From: Trueperaceae bacterium
Lineage (GTDB): Bacteria; Deinococcota; Deinococci; Deinococcales; Trueperaceae
Assembly: GCA_965215565.1 (NCBI GenBank)
Contig: CBDCDZ010000004.1
Location: 2,720,001-2,784,000 of the forward strand
Direction: 5' to 3'
Length of the DNA: 64,000 nucleotides
A program made the translations under genes and the position numbers. The first letter of the stretch is position 1. Each line of letters starts with the position of its first letter. Under the pieces are notes generated by a model. That model made no database searches and had not been told where the DNA came from. It saw only the letters and a list, made by a program, of their open reading frames with translations. This document shows positions 50,956 through 60,574 of the stretch, piece by piece.

Positions 50956-51506
50956 GCGATTTAGCGCGTTTGGCTTCGCTCGAGCCTTTCGTCCTGACAG
51001 GTACAGCCTTCCGCGCTGTGAACCTGCGCTATGTCGAGACGCCACTCTCCGCTATAGGCTCGATTCTTGCGGGTGGGCGTTACAACCCCAAGGGCGCGTT
51101 TGAGGTGCTCTATCTAGCGGAGAATGCGACGACGACGCTGCTCGAGGTGCAGTTTGCTGCAAGCAGCGGCGGACGCTTCCAGGCTGAGCCTAAAGACCCT
51201 TACGTTATTTTCAGTATCGCCTTTCGCCTTCAGCAACTTGTCGATTTGCAAGGTTCCCAAAATCTCACCGACCTAGCGCTATCACCGGAAGACCTCCAGA
51301 AGCCCTGGCGCTTAAAGCAGGCGCGTGGTGAGCCCGTACTCACACAGGAGATAGGTCAGATGCTATTTGAGTTCGGTCTCGAGGGCTTCAAGTATCCGTC
51401 GGCAACCGACGGCTCAGCGAACTTGGCGGTGTTCCCTGACAACCTTAAACCGGGGAGCTATCTGGAGATCAGTTGGGACGAACGTACTCTCGCGAGGGTG
51501 TCGTAG
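50952..51506 (+). CDS. RES-domain toxin (NAD+ phosphorylase / ADP-ribosyltransferase family)
   Basis: FR, GGRYNP, LYLAE..E, YPSA and NLAVF; 4-nt overlap with the antitoxin. Confidence 0.88.
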   Translation: MSDLARLASLEPFVLTGTAFRAVNLRYVETPLSAIGSILAGGRYNPKGAFEVLYLAENATTTLLEVQFAASSGGRFQAEPKDPYVIFSIAFRLQQLVDLQGSQNLTDLALSPEDLQKPWRLKQARGEPVLTQEIGQMLFEFGLEGFKYPSATDGSANLAVFPDNLKPGSYLEISWDERTLARVS

Positions 51507-51569
51507 TGCAGCATCTCTATCAGAAAACTGGCTGTACCGAGATAAAGCGCAAGTTGAGCGGGCTCGAGC

Positions 51570-52256
51570 TTATCTTGCTCGAGAAGCGTCTCTAGCCACC
51601 ATCATCTCCCGCTTTCCCCCAGGCGGCCCCGACCTCTTCTCCACTTCGAACCCGAGCGCCTGCATCCGCCGCCGCACCTCGCCCTTGACGCAGTAGGTAC
51701 TTAAAATCCCACCATCTGCCAGAGATTGGCGTAGTTTGTTCAGAAAGGTCTCTGACCAGAGTTCGGGGTTGGTTGCGGGGCTAAAAGCGTCTTGATAGAC
51801 AGCGTGAAAGTGGTTTTCCGGTAGAGGTTGCAGGGTGGCGTCGCCTAAAAGAAGCTTCAACCTCACCCCCTCGAATTCGAAAGAGGTGGTTTTGGCGCGT
51901 CGCCACGCCAGGAAGTGCTCGAGAAGTTCAGGGTGCTCTAAGTGCGTTTCATATCTAAGAGAGGTGAAGTCGTCTGCGCTCAAGAGGTCTTGCTCTAAGG
52001 CGGTGTAGTGAAGGTCCGTCCCGCACTTTAGAGCAATATCAGCCGTCAAAAAGAAGTTTAGGCCCGTGCCGAAGCCGACTTCTAAGAGGTTGGCGGAGTG
52101 TTGCTCGAGCCTCTGGGCCACGCCCGTCCCCTGCAAAAAAACGTGCTTCGATTCGGTGAGTGCGCCCCTATGTGAGTGAAAGCTCTCCGCATAACGCGCG
52201 CTGTAGAGGGTGCGGCTGCCGTCGGCTGTGGTGCGCGGCGTAACGGGTGGCGTCAT
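51570..52256 (-). CDS. mnmD: tRNA mnm5s2U34 methyltransferase (MnmC N-terminal/MnmD-like)
   Basis: TADGS.TL, EVGFGTGLN, DAFSPATNPELW and GPPGGKREM. Confidence 0.87.
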   Translation of the reverse strand: MTPPVTPRTTADGSRTLYSARYAESFHSHRGALTESKHVFLQGTGVAQRLEQHSANLLEVGFGTGLNFFLTADIALKCGTDLHYTALEQDLLSADDFTSLRYETHLEHPELLEHFLAWRRAKTTSFEFEGVRLKLLLGDATLQPLPENHFHAVYQDAFSPATNPELWSETFLNKLRQSLADGGILSTYCVKGEVRRRMQALGFEVEKRSGPPGGKREMMVARDASRAR

Positions 52257-52804
52257 GTCCTCTCCAGATATTCTCGCTGCAACACGTCCATGATGATTTC
52301 GTCATGCCATTCACCAGCGCGGAAGATGACCTCTCGACGCCTTCCCACCTCTCTAAATCCCGCCTTAGTATAGGTGCGAATACCGCGCTCATTGAAGGCG
52401 GTGACCTCTAACTGGACACGGTGATAGTTGAGTTCGCTGAAGGCGTAATGAAGGAGGAGTTTAACGCTCTCCGTGCCGAAGCCCTTGTTCCAGTGCGGCT
52501 TGGCGATAATGATACCCAGGTGGGCCGAGCGGTTCTTGACATCTGCGCCCCACAGATTGCAGCAGCCGATCAGCTCGCTCGTCTCTTTGAGGGTGATAGC
52601 GAAACCGACGCCTACTTCGCTGTCACTGAACCAGCGCTCGAACATAGTGACGTTTGTCTCTTCTTGGTTCAAACGAATCGCGCTGTTGATCTGATAGTGT
52701 GCGACTTCGGGGTCGGACCACCAAACGTGAAAGATAGAGAAATCTTCCGCCTTAGCCGCGCGTAAGCGTAAGCGTTCCGATTCGAAGAGGTTGAGCATAA
52801 GCAA
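52253..52804 (-). CDS. GNAT (RimJ/RimL-like) acetyltransferase
   Basis: WNKGFGTE and N.RGIRTYTKAGF. Confidence 0.85.
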   Translation of the reverse strand: MLMLNLFESERLRLRAAKAEDFSIFHVWWSDPEVAHYQINSAIRLNQEETNVTMFERWFSDSEVGVGFAITLKETSELIGCCNLWGADVKNRSAHLGIIIAKPHWNKGFGTESVKLLLHYAFSELNYHRVQLEVTAFNERGIRTYTKAGFREVGRRREVIFRAGEWHDEIIMDVLQREYLERT

Positions 52805-52805
52805 T

Positions 52806-53951
52806 CTATTTCGTCAAGAGCGCCGTCAGGAGTGCCAAGCGGTCTAAGGTCTCTGTCACGCGGATGTGTTCGTAGCGGGCGTGCGGACCTCTGCCCGAGG
52901 AGCCTAAACCGTCCAGCGTCGGAACGCCCAACGCCGAGGTGAGGTTGCCGTCGGAGCCGCCGCCGACGACGGCGCTGTCCAAGCTAAACCCCAAGCCTTC
53001 CATCTTCTTTTTCGCCTCTTCAAAGAGCACCATATTTTGCTCCGTGGGCTCCATCGGCGGGCGGTTGAGCCCGCCTTCGATGTGGAGTTTGACGCGGCTG
53101 TCTTTGGGCTCGTAGCCGTAGACCGCCCTCTCGACGCGCTTGCCCTCGCCATCCTCGAGCGCCCTTAAATCTACCTCTGCAAACGCCTCCTCGGGGATGA
53201 CGTTGCCGACGCTGCCGCCACGCGCCACCGTGAGGTTGACGCTCGTTTGCGCTTCGTCGTCGTTTAAGGATTCCACAAAGAGGAGAAAATGGGCTAACTC
53301 GCGCAGCGCGGACGCGCCGTCTTCGGGGTTATTACCCGCGTGGGCGCTCTGCCCCTCAAAGGTGACGAAGAACGCGCCGACGCCCTTGCGCCCGACTTTG
53401 AGCGCGCCGTCGTCGCGTCCGGGCTCTAAGACGAGGGCGCGGTCGTGCGTTTGGGCGAGGGACTCGATGATGGTTCTCGAGTGCTTGCTCCCCACCTCTT
53501 CGTCCGAGGTGATGAGCAGCGTGACCGGACCTTTAGGTTCCAAATCTAGCTCTTCTAGCATCGCAACGGCGTGGATGCCCGCCGCGATGCCCGCTTTCAT
53601 GTCGAGCGTACCGGGACCGTAGAAGAGGTCGCCCTCGCGCTTGACAGGCATCTTCTCCAGCGTGCCGACGGACCAAACGGTGTCGGCGTGGGTCAAGAGG
53701 AGCGTGGAGGTCTCCCCAGGGAAGTCTTTGCGGGCGACGAGCTGATCGCCTACCTCTTCCTTGGCGACGCGCTCGACGCGCCAACCTCTTGCGCTAAGGT
53801 CATCTTCCAGATGGCCGATAAGCGCGTCCACTGCCGCTTTCTGTCCGGTGGGAGATTCGAAGCTTGCCAAAGTTTTCAGGGTTTCTAAATAGGCGTCTTC
53901 TCGCGCGTGCGCGGCGTTTCTCAGGTTGGACTCGCTATGTTCAGAAGTCAT
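52806..53951 (-). CDS. M20 metallopeptidase (glutamate carboxypeptidase-like)
   Basis: HADTV, DMKAG, SDEEVGS, SAHAG and GGGSDG. Confidence 0.9.
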   Translation of the reverse strand: MTSEHSESNLRNAAHAREDAYLETLKTLASFESPTGQKAAVDALIGHLEDDLSARGWRVERVAKEEVGDQLVARKDFPGETSTLLLTHADTVWSVGTLEKMPVKREGDLFYGPGTLDMKAGIAAGIHAVAMLEELDLEPKGPVTLLITSDEEVGSKHSRTIIESLAQTHDRALVLEPGRDDGALKVGRKGVGAFFVTFEGQSAHAGNNPEDGASALRELAHFLLFVESLNDDEAQTSVNLTVARGGSVGNVIPEEAFAEVDLRALEDGEGKRVERAVYGYEPKDSRVKLHIEGGLNRPPMEPTEQNMVLFEEAKKKMEGLGFSLDSAVVGGGSDGNLTSALGVPTLDGLGSSGRGPHARYEHIRVTETLDRLALLTALLTK

Positions 53952-54061
53952 TGGAGTACCATAACAGGGAAGAGGTGCGGCTTGGGTTTGGTAGCTAGGG
54001 GAGTGGGAAGTCAAAAGCAATGGGTGAAAAGCTTTTGCCGATACCTACTAAACGCTCGCTC

Positions 54062-54412
54062 TCAGTCCGTCCCTACCTTGTTTTCTTCCTCACGCTTCGC
54101 GCGCTCTGCTAAATACTCGCGCCAGAGCGTCTCAGCAAGTACGCGCACGGCGGGCTCACGGGTGGTGCGGGCGTAGGAATAGCCCATGCGCAAGTCGCCC
54201 TCTGCCGACGCCGCGCCCAAGCGTTTAGCAACTCTATAGCGCGACAAGTAGACCTGTGACAAGAGCGCGTTGCGCATCCGCTGCGGCTTGACCGCGTGGA
54301 GGTCGCGCAGGGCGGCGCTAAAGGCGTCCATCGCGCCCTCTGAATTCCCCTCGTTCACCAGCGCCTCGCCGCGCTTAAAGTGCTTCGCCGCGTTGTAGAG
54401 CAGTTCACGCAT
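54062..54412 (-). CDS. Hypothetical helical (TPR-like) protein
   Basis: 116-aa ORF with alpha-helical composition. Confidence 0.55.
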   Translation of the reverse strand: MRELLYNAAKHFKRGEALVNEGNSEGAMDAFSAALRDLHAVKPQRMRNALLSQVYLSRYRVAKRLGAASAEGDLRMGYSYARTTREPAVRVLAETLWREYLAERAKREEENKVGTD

Positions 54413-54541
54413 CAGACCTTTCTAACATGCTACCCCAAGGCGAGTATACCGCCCTCTCCTCACCTGCCACGTCGTTGTGGCGTTTCGGAGAATGTGGAGA
54501 GCAGAATACAGAAAGCAGAATAAAAACCTTTAATCTTCTTT

Positions 54542-54725
54542 TAGCAGGCATCATCTGGTTTGAGTGCGCGAAGCGATGCGAAGCAACACTCTCACTATGC
54601 AAAGCGGTGTTCAACACGCACATTCGGAGATGAAATCCCGCAACGGCAGGGCGGCCTGCCCGTAACGCTAGTCCTTGCGGACAGAGATCTGCGCTCATCC
54701 GTCTCAGTATGTCTTGGAACTGCTA
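54542..54725 (+). mobile_element. TAGC-ended repeat with 21-nt and ~50-nt inserts
   Basis: TAGCAGGCATCATCTGG...CTTGGAACTGCTA. Confidence 0.82.
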
Positions 54726-54726
54726 T

Positions 54727-56094
54727 TTATTCTCCCTTCTGTATTTTATCCTTTCGCTCCAGCATCTCTCTCACCGCGTCGTGGTCCGCCTTGCGAATGG
54801 GGTAGCGCCAAGCGAGTAGGAGGGCGACGAGAAAAGCGAGCGCGGCGGCGGGTCCTACCGTCCAGGTGATGGCGCTTTGTGCGGACAAGGGAACGTCCGC
54901 GTCGTAGTTGGCAAGCTCGAGCACCCCCGCGTTCAGCGCCGCCCCGAGCGCAAACGCCGACTTCTGCGCGAAGGTGAATACGGCGTAGAGCAGCCCCTCG
55001 CGCCGCGCCCCATGCGCCAAGAGGTCGAACTCCGCCACGTCGGGCAGCATCGCCCAGGGAAAGAGCAGCGCCGCGCCGGTGCCGACGCCCGCTAGCGTCA
55101 CTGAGGCGAGAAGAGAAGGTGAAAGCCCCACCGAAGGAACGAGGACGATGAGTAGAAGTCCGACGATAAGAACGGCTAGCCCGAGCGCCAAAGCGCCGGA
55201 TTTACCCGCTCGCCCCGCTGTGATGTTCCAGAGGGGCAGCGCCAGAATCGCCACGGTAAAGAGGAGCCCCAAGATGAGGGTCTGCTCGCCCGGACTAAGC
55301 TGCAAACTCGCCAGGTAAAAGGGCAGCATCGACGACACAATGCCGAGCCCGAGCGTTACGCTGACGAAAAGGGCGATGAGGGCTAGATAACCTCTTGTTT
55401 CTAGTACTGAACGAAGGGGTGGCGGCTCGCTGGCTTGCGGGTTGAGGGAGGCTCGAGGCTCTCTCACGCTAAGCGCCATCAGCAGGTACGACGCGCTCAT
55501 CACTGCGCCAAATATCACGCCCATGCCGATCCAGCCGAATTGATCCGTTTGAGAACGTCCCATAGAACTGTTGATTAGCGCCACCAGTAAAGGCGGCGCG
55601 GCGGCAGCGATGAGCGACGCCAGCGTGCCGAAGCCGATGCGGTAGCTGCTCAGCGCGGTGCGCGCCTCGTAGCCCGGCGCGAGTTCGGGCGTGAGCGCCA
55701 TATACGGTACCTGCACGACGGTGAAGATGACGGCGTGAAGCGCGAGCGCGAGCGCGGCGAGGGCGAACACAAAACCTTGCGACGCGCCTTGCGAGACGTT
55801 AGGAATCGTCCAGAGGAGCGCGAACGAGACGCCGAAGGGGACCAGCCCTGCCCAGATGTAGGGTTTGCGCCGCCCGTAGCGGCTGCGCGTGCGGTCACTG
55901 AGCGTTCCCATGAGTGGGTCCGTTACCGCGTCGATGAGCCGCCCGGAAAGGAGCGCCGCGCCCGCTAAGCCTGGACGCAACCCGGCGACGTCCACCAAAA
56001 AGAAGAGAAAAAAGAAGTTCACCGCGTTGTACGAGAGCGACGCGCCCACGTCCGCGACGCCGTAGCCGAGCTTGGTGCGTAGGGAGAGGGGCAC
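54727..56094 (-). CDS. MFS transporter, GPH (MelB-like) sugar:cation symporter
   Basis: DAVTDP.MG.LSDRTRSRYGRRKP, PYMAL.PEL and RREG. Confidence 0.9.
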   Translation of the reverse strand: MPLSLRTKLGYGVADVGASLSYNAVNFFFLFFLVDVAGLRPGLAGAALLSGRLIDAVTDPLMGTLSDRTRSRYGRRKPYIWAGLVPFGVSFALLWTIPNVSQGASQGFVFALAALALALHAVIFTVVQVPYMALTPELAPGYEARTALSSYRIGFGTLASLIAAAAPPLLVALINSSMGRSQTDQFGWIGMGVIFGAVMSASYLLMALSVREPRASLNPQASEPPPLRSVLETRGYLALIALFVSVTLGLGIVSSMLPFYLASLQLSPGEQTLILGLLFTVAILALPLWNITAGRAGKSGALALGLAVLIVGLLLIVLVPSVGLSPSLLASVTLAGVGTGAALLFPWAMLPDVAEFDLLAHGARREGLLYAVFTFAQKSAFALGAALNAGVLELANYDADVPLSAQSAITWTVGPAAALAFLVALLLAWRYPIRKADHDAVREMLERKDKIQKGE

Positions 56095-56116
56095 GGCGTA
56101 AGGGTATCATGCAAAA

Positions 56117-56211
56117 TAGACCCTTCTAAGGTTCACCGCGTTGTACGAGAGCGACGCGCCCACGTCCGCGAGCGAAAAAGTAGACCCTTCTAAGGGCGAG
56201 CGAAAAAGTAG
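56117..56211. repeat. Complex local duplication containing a 41-bp copy of the MFS 5' coding region
   Basis: 56131-56171 equals 56017-56057; TAGACCCTTCTAAGG at 56117 and 56181; GCGAGCGAAAAAGTAG at 56168 and 56196. Confidence 0.85.
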
Positions 56212-56574
56212 CTAAAAGGGGAGAGGGGAAATACTAAGTTCCGTTGACGGTTTGTGGGCTCTCGAGTTGAGACTCGCAGCGCTGAAGACGAGAAGCAAGA
56301 AGCGAGGAGCAGGGAGGCTCAACTGAGCCGCGCAAAAATCCGTACTCTACGGGCATTTCTACTGGTCTTCTCGAGATGTCAACGCCGAGTAAAGACGCCT
56401 GAATTTTCCCTTCCCTATTCTATAAGCAGCGCTCGAGCACAGCTCAAGTTTGTTCTGCGAGGAACCTCCACCCAGCCTTAATGAAGCGTTGACCCCCAAA
56501 GTGTGAAGTGTTTTGCCTCACAAACGGTTACTCGGTTACAATTTCCTAAATCAAATGCTTGTTACCGTACCTCT

Positions 56575-56772
56575 ATGAAATATTTACTGATTCTTTTACT
56601 TACATTGACCTTTGGGCTCGCAGCATGTGGAGACGGCGAAAGCGACGCCGAAGCGGGCGCTGAGCAAGCCGCCGAAGAGGTACAACAGGGCGCAGAAGAA
56701 GCGGGCGAAGCCGTTAGCGGCGCTGCAGAAGAAGCGGGTGACGCTGCTGAAGACGCCACTGACGGGAACTAG
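56575..56772 (+). CDS. 65-aa acidic Ala/Glu-rich micro-lipoprotein
   Basis: MKYLLILLLTLTFGLAAC-GDGESDAEAGAEQAAEE... Confidence 0.78.
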   Translation: MKYLLILLLTLTFGLAACGDGESDAEAGAEQAAEEVQQGAEEAGEAVSGAAEEAGDAAEDATDGN

Positions 56773-57500
56773 TCTTTCTTGACTGTATACCGGGTTGCTT
56801 CGTAAAGGGCGATCCCTACCGCTACCGCGAGGTTTAAGGACTCGATAAGCGCCTCTTGAGGAATGACGACGCTTTCGCCTACCTCGCGGTACGCTTTTGG
56901 CAAGCCCGGTCCTTCGGGTCCGAAGACGAGCGTGAAGGGAGAGGTGAACTCAACTTCTTGTAATTCGCGCTTAGCGTCCAGCATAAAGGGGTAAAGCTGG
57001 CGTGAAGAGTTCATCTGGTACGCCTCCAAGTCATCAAAATAGCGCGCGTTGAGCGCGAAGACCGCGCCCATCGAGGCGCGGACGACGTGTGGGTTGAAGA
57101 GGTCGGCGGCGGGGCGCAGCAGCGCTAAGTCGCGCACGCCAAAGCCCAACATCGTCCTGATGATGGTGCCCAAGTTGCCCATATCGCTCGGGTTGACCAG
57201 CAAGAGGTGGTTCGCTTCCTTTTGCAGCGTCATCTCATATTTTTCAAACACCGCGAACACGTAAACGTTGCCTTTGTGCGCGAGCTTGTTGACGAGCTTG
57301 TCGTTGACTTCGAGCGGAATACCGTGGGCGTCGCACCGAGCGCGAATCTCCGCGACGCCCTCGCTTACTTCTCCTCTGGAATGCGCGACGACGCGCAGCA
57401 CCTTATCGGGGCGGTGGGTCAAAAGCTCCAGCGTTGGAAAGATGCCGAAGCTGTAGGAGTGCGCGAAGTCCTTTTTGTAGCGTTTGAACTGCACCTTCAA
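56769..57500 (-). CDS. TrmH/SpoU family RNA methyltransferase
   Basis: GNLGTIIRT, RASMGA, FGPEG.GL and ESLNLAVA. Confidence 0.9.
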   Translation of the reverse strand: MKVQFKRYKKDFAHSYSFGIFPTLELLTHRPDKVLRVVAHSRGEVSEGVAEIRARCDAHGIPLEVNDKLVNKLAHKGNVYVFAVFEKYEMTLQKEANHLLLVNPSDMGNLGTIIRTMLGFGVRDLALLRPAADLFNPHVVRASMGAVFALNARYFDDLEAYQMNSSRQLYPFMLDAKRELQEVEFTSPFTLVFGPEGPGLPKAYREVGESVVIPQEALIESLNLAVAVGIALYEATRYTVKKD

Positions 57501-58495
57501 ACCTTTTCTTGAAATCCTTCGAAGGGCGCGGCTAAACCCGCTTCGGCGGCGTCCAAGGCTTCACGCGGAGCCCACGCCAACGCCCGCACGCCCCTATAGG
57601 CGCGGAGCGCTCCGCCCCGTTCCCCTGCCAAATCACGAAGTTGACCCAAACGCGACAAGAGGTAGCCGGGCAGGTAGTAGGGCTCACTGAAGTCACCTCG
57701 GCTCGCCGCTTCTAAGAGGTTTAGGGCTTCTGCAGTATGGCCGTTCGCGAGGAGTAGGTTCGCCTCGTGGAAGCGGGCTTCAGCGAGTTCCACAGACCTG
57801 AGTTGCGCAATCACGTTGCCGGGCTCGGGCACGTCGCCACGAAAGGCGAAGTCTAGGAGGCTGCGCGTTCTCACCTCCTCTGTGGGTTCGCTCTCGCTCG
57901 GAAGGGTTAGCTCAGCTTCATCTCGGAGGGCGTCCTCTAAAAAGGGTACGTGGTCGATGCTCGCTAAAACCGCTACGCGCTCGTGCGGCAATGCTAAAAT
58001 CCGCGCCGCCATCACGCCGACACGCTCCCGCAACCAATCCGTCCCCGGACCGTCGCCGAACGCCTCCTCCTTGACCTCTCCCTGTTCGCGTACGATCGGC
58101 ACCACCTCTTCGCGGATGCGCTGTAAAGTCAATCCTTCTTGCAGAAGTGCGTTAAGCGGTCTCAGCAGTGCGCCCAGTTGCGCTACGGTGCCGCGCGTCT
58201 TTTCGTACTGTGACAAGTAGCGCTGAAAGTCGGCTTCGGCGTCCGAGTCGGGGCTGGGCTCGAGCACACCGTAAACCTCTTTGCCGCTGCGCCCCGCCCA
58301 CGGCACCACACTAAGAGGTAACGGAATCTCGGGCGTATCTTGCCAATTCAAGATGTCGAACGCACCGGACTCCAAAGCCGTCGTCGCCACCGCGTCCGGC
58401 TGAACGTCGCGCACGATATCTTTCACGCTCACCGCGTTGTAGAGCGGAAAGCGCAGGTGAAACGGTCCCATGAGCGGGATGAGAAACAGCTTCAC
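57497..58495 (-). CDS. Hypothetical protein with TPR-like C-terminus
   Basis: 332-aa ORF overlapping both neighbours by 4 nt. Confidence 0.7.
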   Translation of the reverse strand: MKLFLIPLMGPFHLRFPLYNAVSVKDIVRDVQPDAVATTALESGAFDILNWQDTPEIPLPLSVVPWAGRSGKEVYGVLEPSPDSDAEADFQRYLSQYEKTRGTVAQLGALLRPLNALLQEGLTLQRIREEVVPIVREQGEVKEEAFGDGPGTDWLRERVGVMAARILALPHERVAVLASIDHVPFLEDALRDEAELTLPSESEPTEEVRTRSLLDFAFRGDVPEPGNVIAQLRSVELAEARFHEANLLLANGHTAEALNLLEAASRGDFSEPYYLPGYLLSRLGQLRDLAGERGGALRAYRGVRALAWAPREALDAAEAGLAAPFEGFQEKV

Positions 58496-58818
58496 GCCTC
58501 GTCGTCCCAGTTGTCCAACTCTAGGTCATCTAACTCTAGGTCATCTAACTCTAGGTCATCTAAGTCTAAGTCGTCCAAGTCTAGGTCATTTAAACCCAGG
58601 TCGTCCAAACCTCTTGCACGCCGAAGTTGCTCGGCGCGCCACGCTCTTTCTTCCTCAAGCCTTAGTAAATACGCATTTTTGTCACGCCTCGCCTGCGCCT
58701 CGCGCTGGATGCGGGCTAAAAGCCTCTCTCCCGCTGGTCTCTCGACTTCCTCTTTGACGGCGCGTCTTTCCGCTCGCCGCTTCGCCTGTTTGGTGCGTCT
58801 TTTGCTCTTCTTCGCCAC
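58492..58818 (-). CDS. Charge-segregated small protein with (DDLEL)n tail
   Basis: Basic N-terminus; 15-nt tandem repeat GTCATCTAACTCTAG at ~58511-58610; TACTAT -10 before GTG. Confidence 0.6.
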   Translation of the reverse strand: MAKKSKRRTKQAKRRAERRAVKEEVERPAGERLLARIQREAQARRDKNAYLLRLEEERAWRAEQLRRARGLDDLGLNDLDLDDLDLDDLELDDLELDDLELDNWDDEA

Positions 58819-59044
58819 ACCTTATAGTACGGCGCGGCGCGTGAAGGGAAGGTAGGCTCGAGAGGGTAAAAAGTTCGGAATAAAAGCTCGTTACTTCTTA
58901 ATGCTCGCTCTTTGACCTTCCTACTGTAGAGAGCGCTACTGATATCGCGCGCTAGTGCGCCTATGGTGAACTGTTAGTAAGTTCACTGTTCAGTTGTGGG
59001 GGTCAGCCTCTCAACGAAGTCGCCAGAGACACCAAGGGGGTTAG

Positions 59045-59593
59045 ATGGATAACTCGAGAGACACTACAAGCACCATACCTAAGGGCAGCGCGTCCAGCAC
59101 AGGGCACGACGATCCGAGCGCGCAAGAGGCGGCGCAAGACGTCGCTAAAGACGCTCAGGCTAGAGCGAAAGAGGTCGGGCGCGCCGTCTCTGAACAGACC
59201 AAAGAGGCTGCTGAGGAGCTGCGCCAGAGCGCGGTGGCGTCCTTTTCGGACAGCAAAGGGCAGCTCGCCAAGCAGATCGCGGGGCTCGCCAAAGCCTTTC
59301 GGCGCGGTAGCGACACCTTGCGCGACGAGGAGCTAGGCGACTTCGCTCGCTTGAGCGACGGGGCGGCGGAGCGGCTCGAGGACCTCAGCGATCAGCTAGA
59401 CCGCAACACGGACGACCTCTTGAGCGATTTACAAGATGTCGCGCAGGAGCGCCCAGTGCTCTTTGTGGGCGGGCTGCTCACCATCGGCGTCCTGTCAGCG
59501 CGCTTCTTGAGGAGTTCGCAAGGTTCACCGAGTTATGATGATGACTACGACACCGACTTTGGCTATCAGGGTTACGAGCGGGGGAACGAGTGA
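59045..59593 (+). CDS. Helical stress-type protein with C-terminal membrane anchor (DUF883/ElaB-like)
   Basis: LQDVAQERPVLFVGGLLTIGVLSARFLRSS; GGGGG SD. Confidence 0.65.
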   Translation: MDNSRDTTSTIPKGSASSTGHDDPSAQEAAQDVAKDAQARAKEVGRAVSEQTKEAAEELRQSAVASFSDSKGQLAKQIAGLAKAFRRGSDTLRDEELGDFARLSDGAAERLEDLSDQLDRNTDDLLSDLQDVAQERPVLFVGGLLTIGVLSARFLRSSQGSPSYDDDYDTDFGYQGYERGNE

Positions 59594-60438
59594 GCGACAC
59601 GAGAGACAGAAATTTAGAAAACAAGAGCCCAGACGAGTTAGAGCAGGACATCGAAGAAACCCGGGCGCGCATCAGAGGAGAGATGGGCGCGCTGGGCTAC
59701 AAGCTTGGACCCGAAGGACTGCGTGACAGCGCTGAAGACGCCCTAGACGACACGCAAGAAACCGTTATCAGCGTCACGGAGCAGCTCAAAAAGGGCGTCA
59801 TTGAAAGCTCGGACAGCATCGGCGGTAGATTGTCGGCGTTCATCAAGCAGAACCCCGTGCCCGCGACGCTCTTCGGCGTCGGACTGGCTTGGCTCCTCAA
59901 ACAAGGGCAGGAGAGCCGGAGTTATACTAGGGATAGCAGCGCCGCCCAGAGAGGTGGCAGCAGAGGCGGCAGCGCGAAGAGTGTGAGCCGCGGACGCAGC
60001 GGGAGCCGATCACGCCCCGAAGGGAACGACAGCAGCCGCAGCGTGAGTCGTTCGCGTTCCACAGGAGCGGCTAGTGGCGATACGGATGACACCACGGGCG
60101 ACACCATCGTCGCCAACAAGCCCGGCGGTTCTAGCAGCTCGGGGCGCAGCGTAGGAAGTCACGGACGCGCGAGCGCGGACGCCGCGTCCCAAGGCGAGGA
60201 CGAAACGTTCCGCTCGCACTATGAGTCGAACTTCAGCGCGAACGGTGACTTCGAGGACTACGAGCCCGCCTACCGCTACGGCTTTGACTTGGCGTCCGAA
60301 AGCGAATTTCAGGGCAAGCCCTGGAACGACGCGAGGGGCGACATCAAACGCCGCTGGGACGAAGAGCGCAACGAGCCTTGGTATAAGTTTGACGGAGCAG
60401 TTGAGCACGGCTACACCACTGCGCAGTCGCGCCGCTGA
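59590..60438 (+). CDS. DUF3618-like protein
   Basis: SPDELEQDIEETRARI...L.P; NPVPATLFGVGLAWL; YEPAYRYG C-terminal domain. Confidence 0.7.
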   Translation: MSDTRDRNLENKSPDELEQDIEETRARIRGEMGALGYKLGPEGLRDSAEDALDDTQETVISVTEQLKKGVIESSDSIGGRLSAFIKQNPVPATLFGVGLAWLLKQGQESRSYTRDSSAAQRGGSRGGSAKSVSRGRSGSRSRPEGNDSSRSVSRSRSTGAASGDTDDTTGDTIVANKPGGSSSSGRSVGSHGRASADAASQGEDETFRSHYESNFSANGDFEDYEPAYRYGFDLASESEFQGKPWNDARGDIKRRWDEERNEPWYKFDGAVEHGYTTAQSRR

Positions 60439-60451
60439 GCTTCGCCATGTC

Positions 60452-60562
60452 CGTGACTATCTGAAGTTACTAAAATTGTATTACGCAGATATCATCTCCA
60501 AGAGTGCGTGCTCAACAACGTTTCTCTTAATAAGAGCGTTCACAACCAGATGACACCTGCTA
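60452..60562 (-). mobile_element. TAGC-family repeat
   Basis: GCAGATATCATCT...GTGCGTGCT...ACCAGATGACACCTGCTA. Confidence 0.72.
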
Positions 60563-60574
60563 CAGGAGGCAGCC

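Noticed and set aside
56117..56211. CRISPR mini-array
   Set aside because: Only two 15-bp repeats, too short and not palindromic, and no cas genes; kept as a duplication finding.
58511..58610. CRISPR or non-coding repeat array
   Set aside because: Contiguous 15-nt units without spacers, in frame within a coding ORF.
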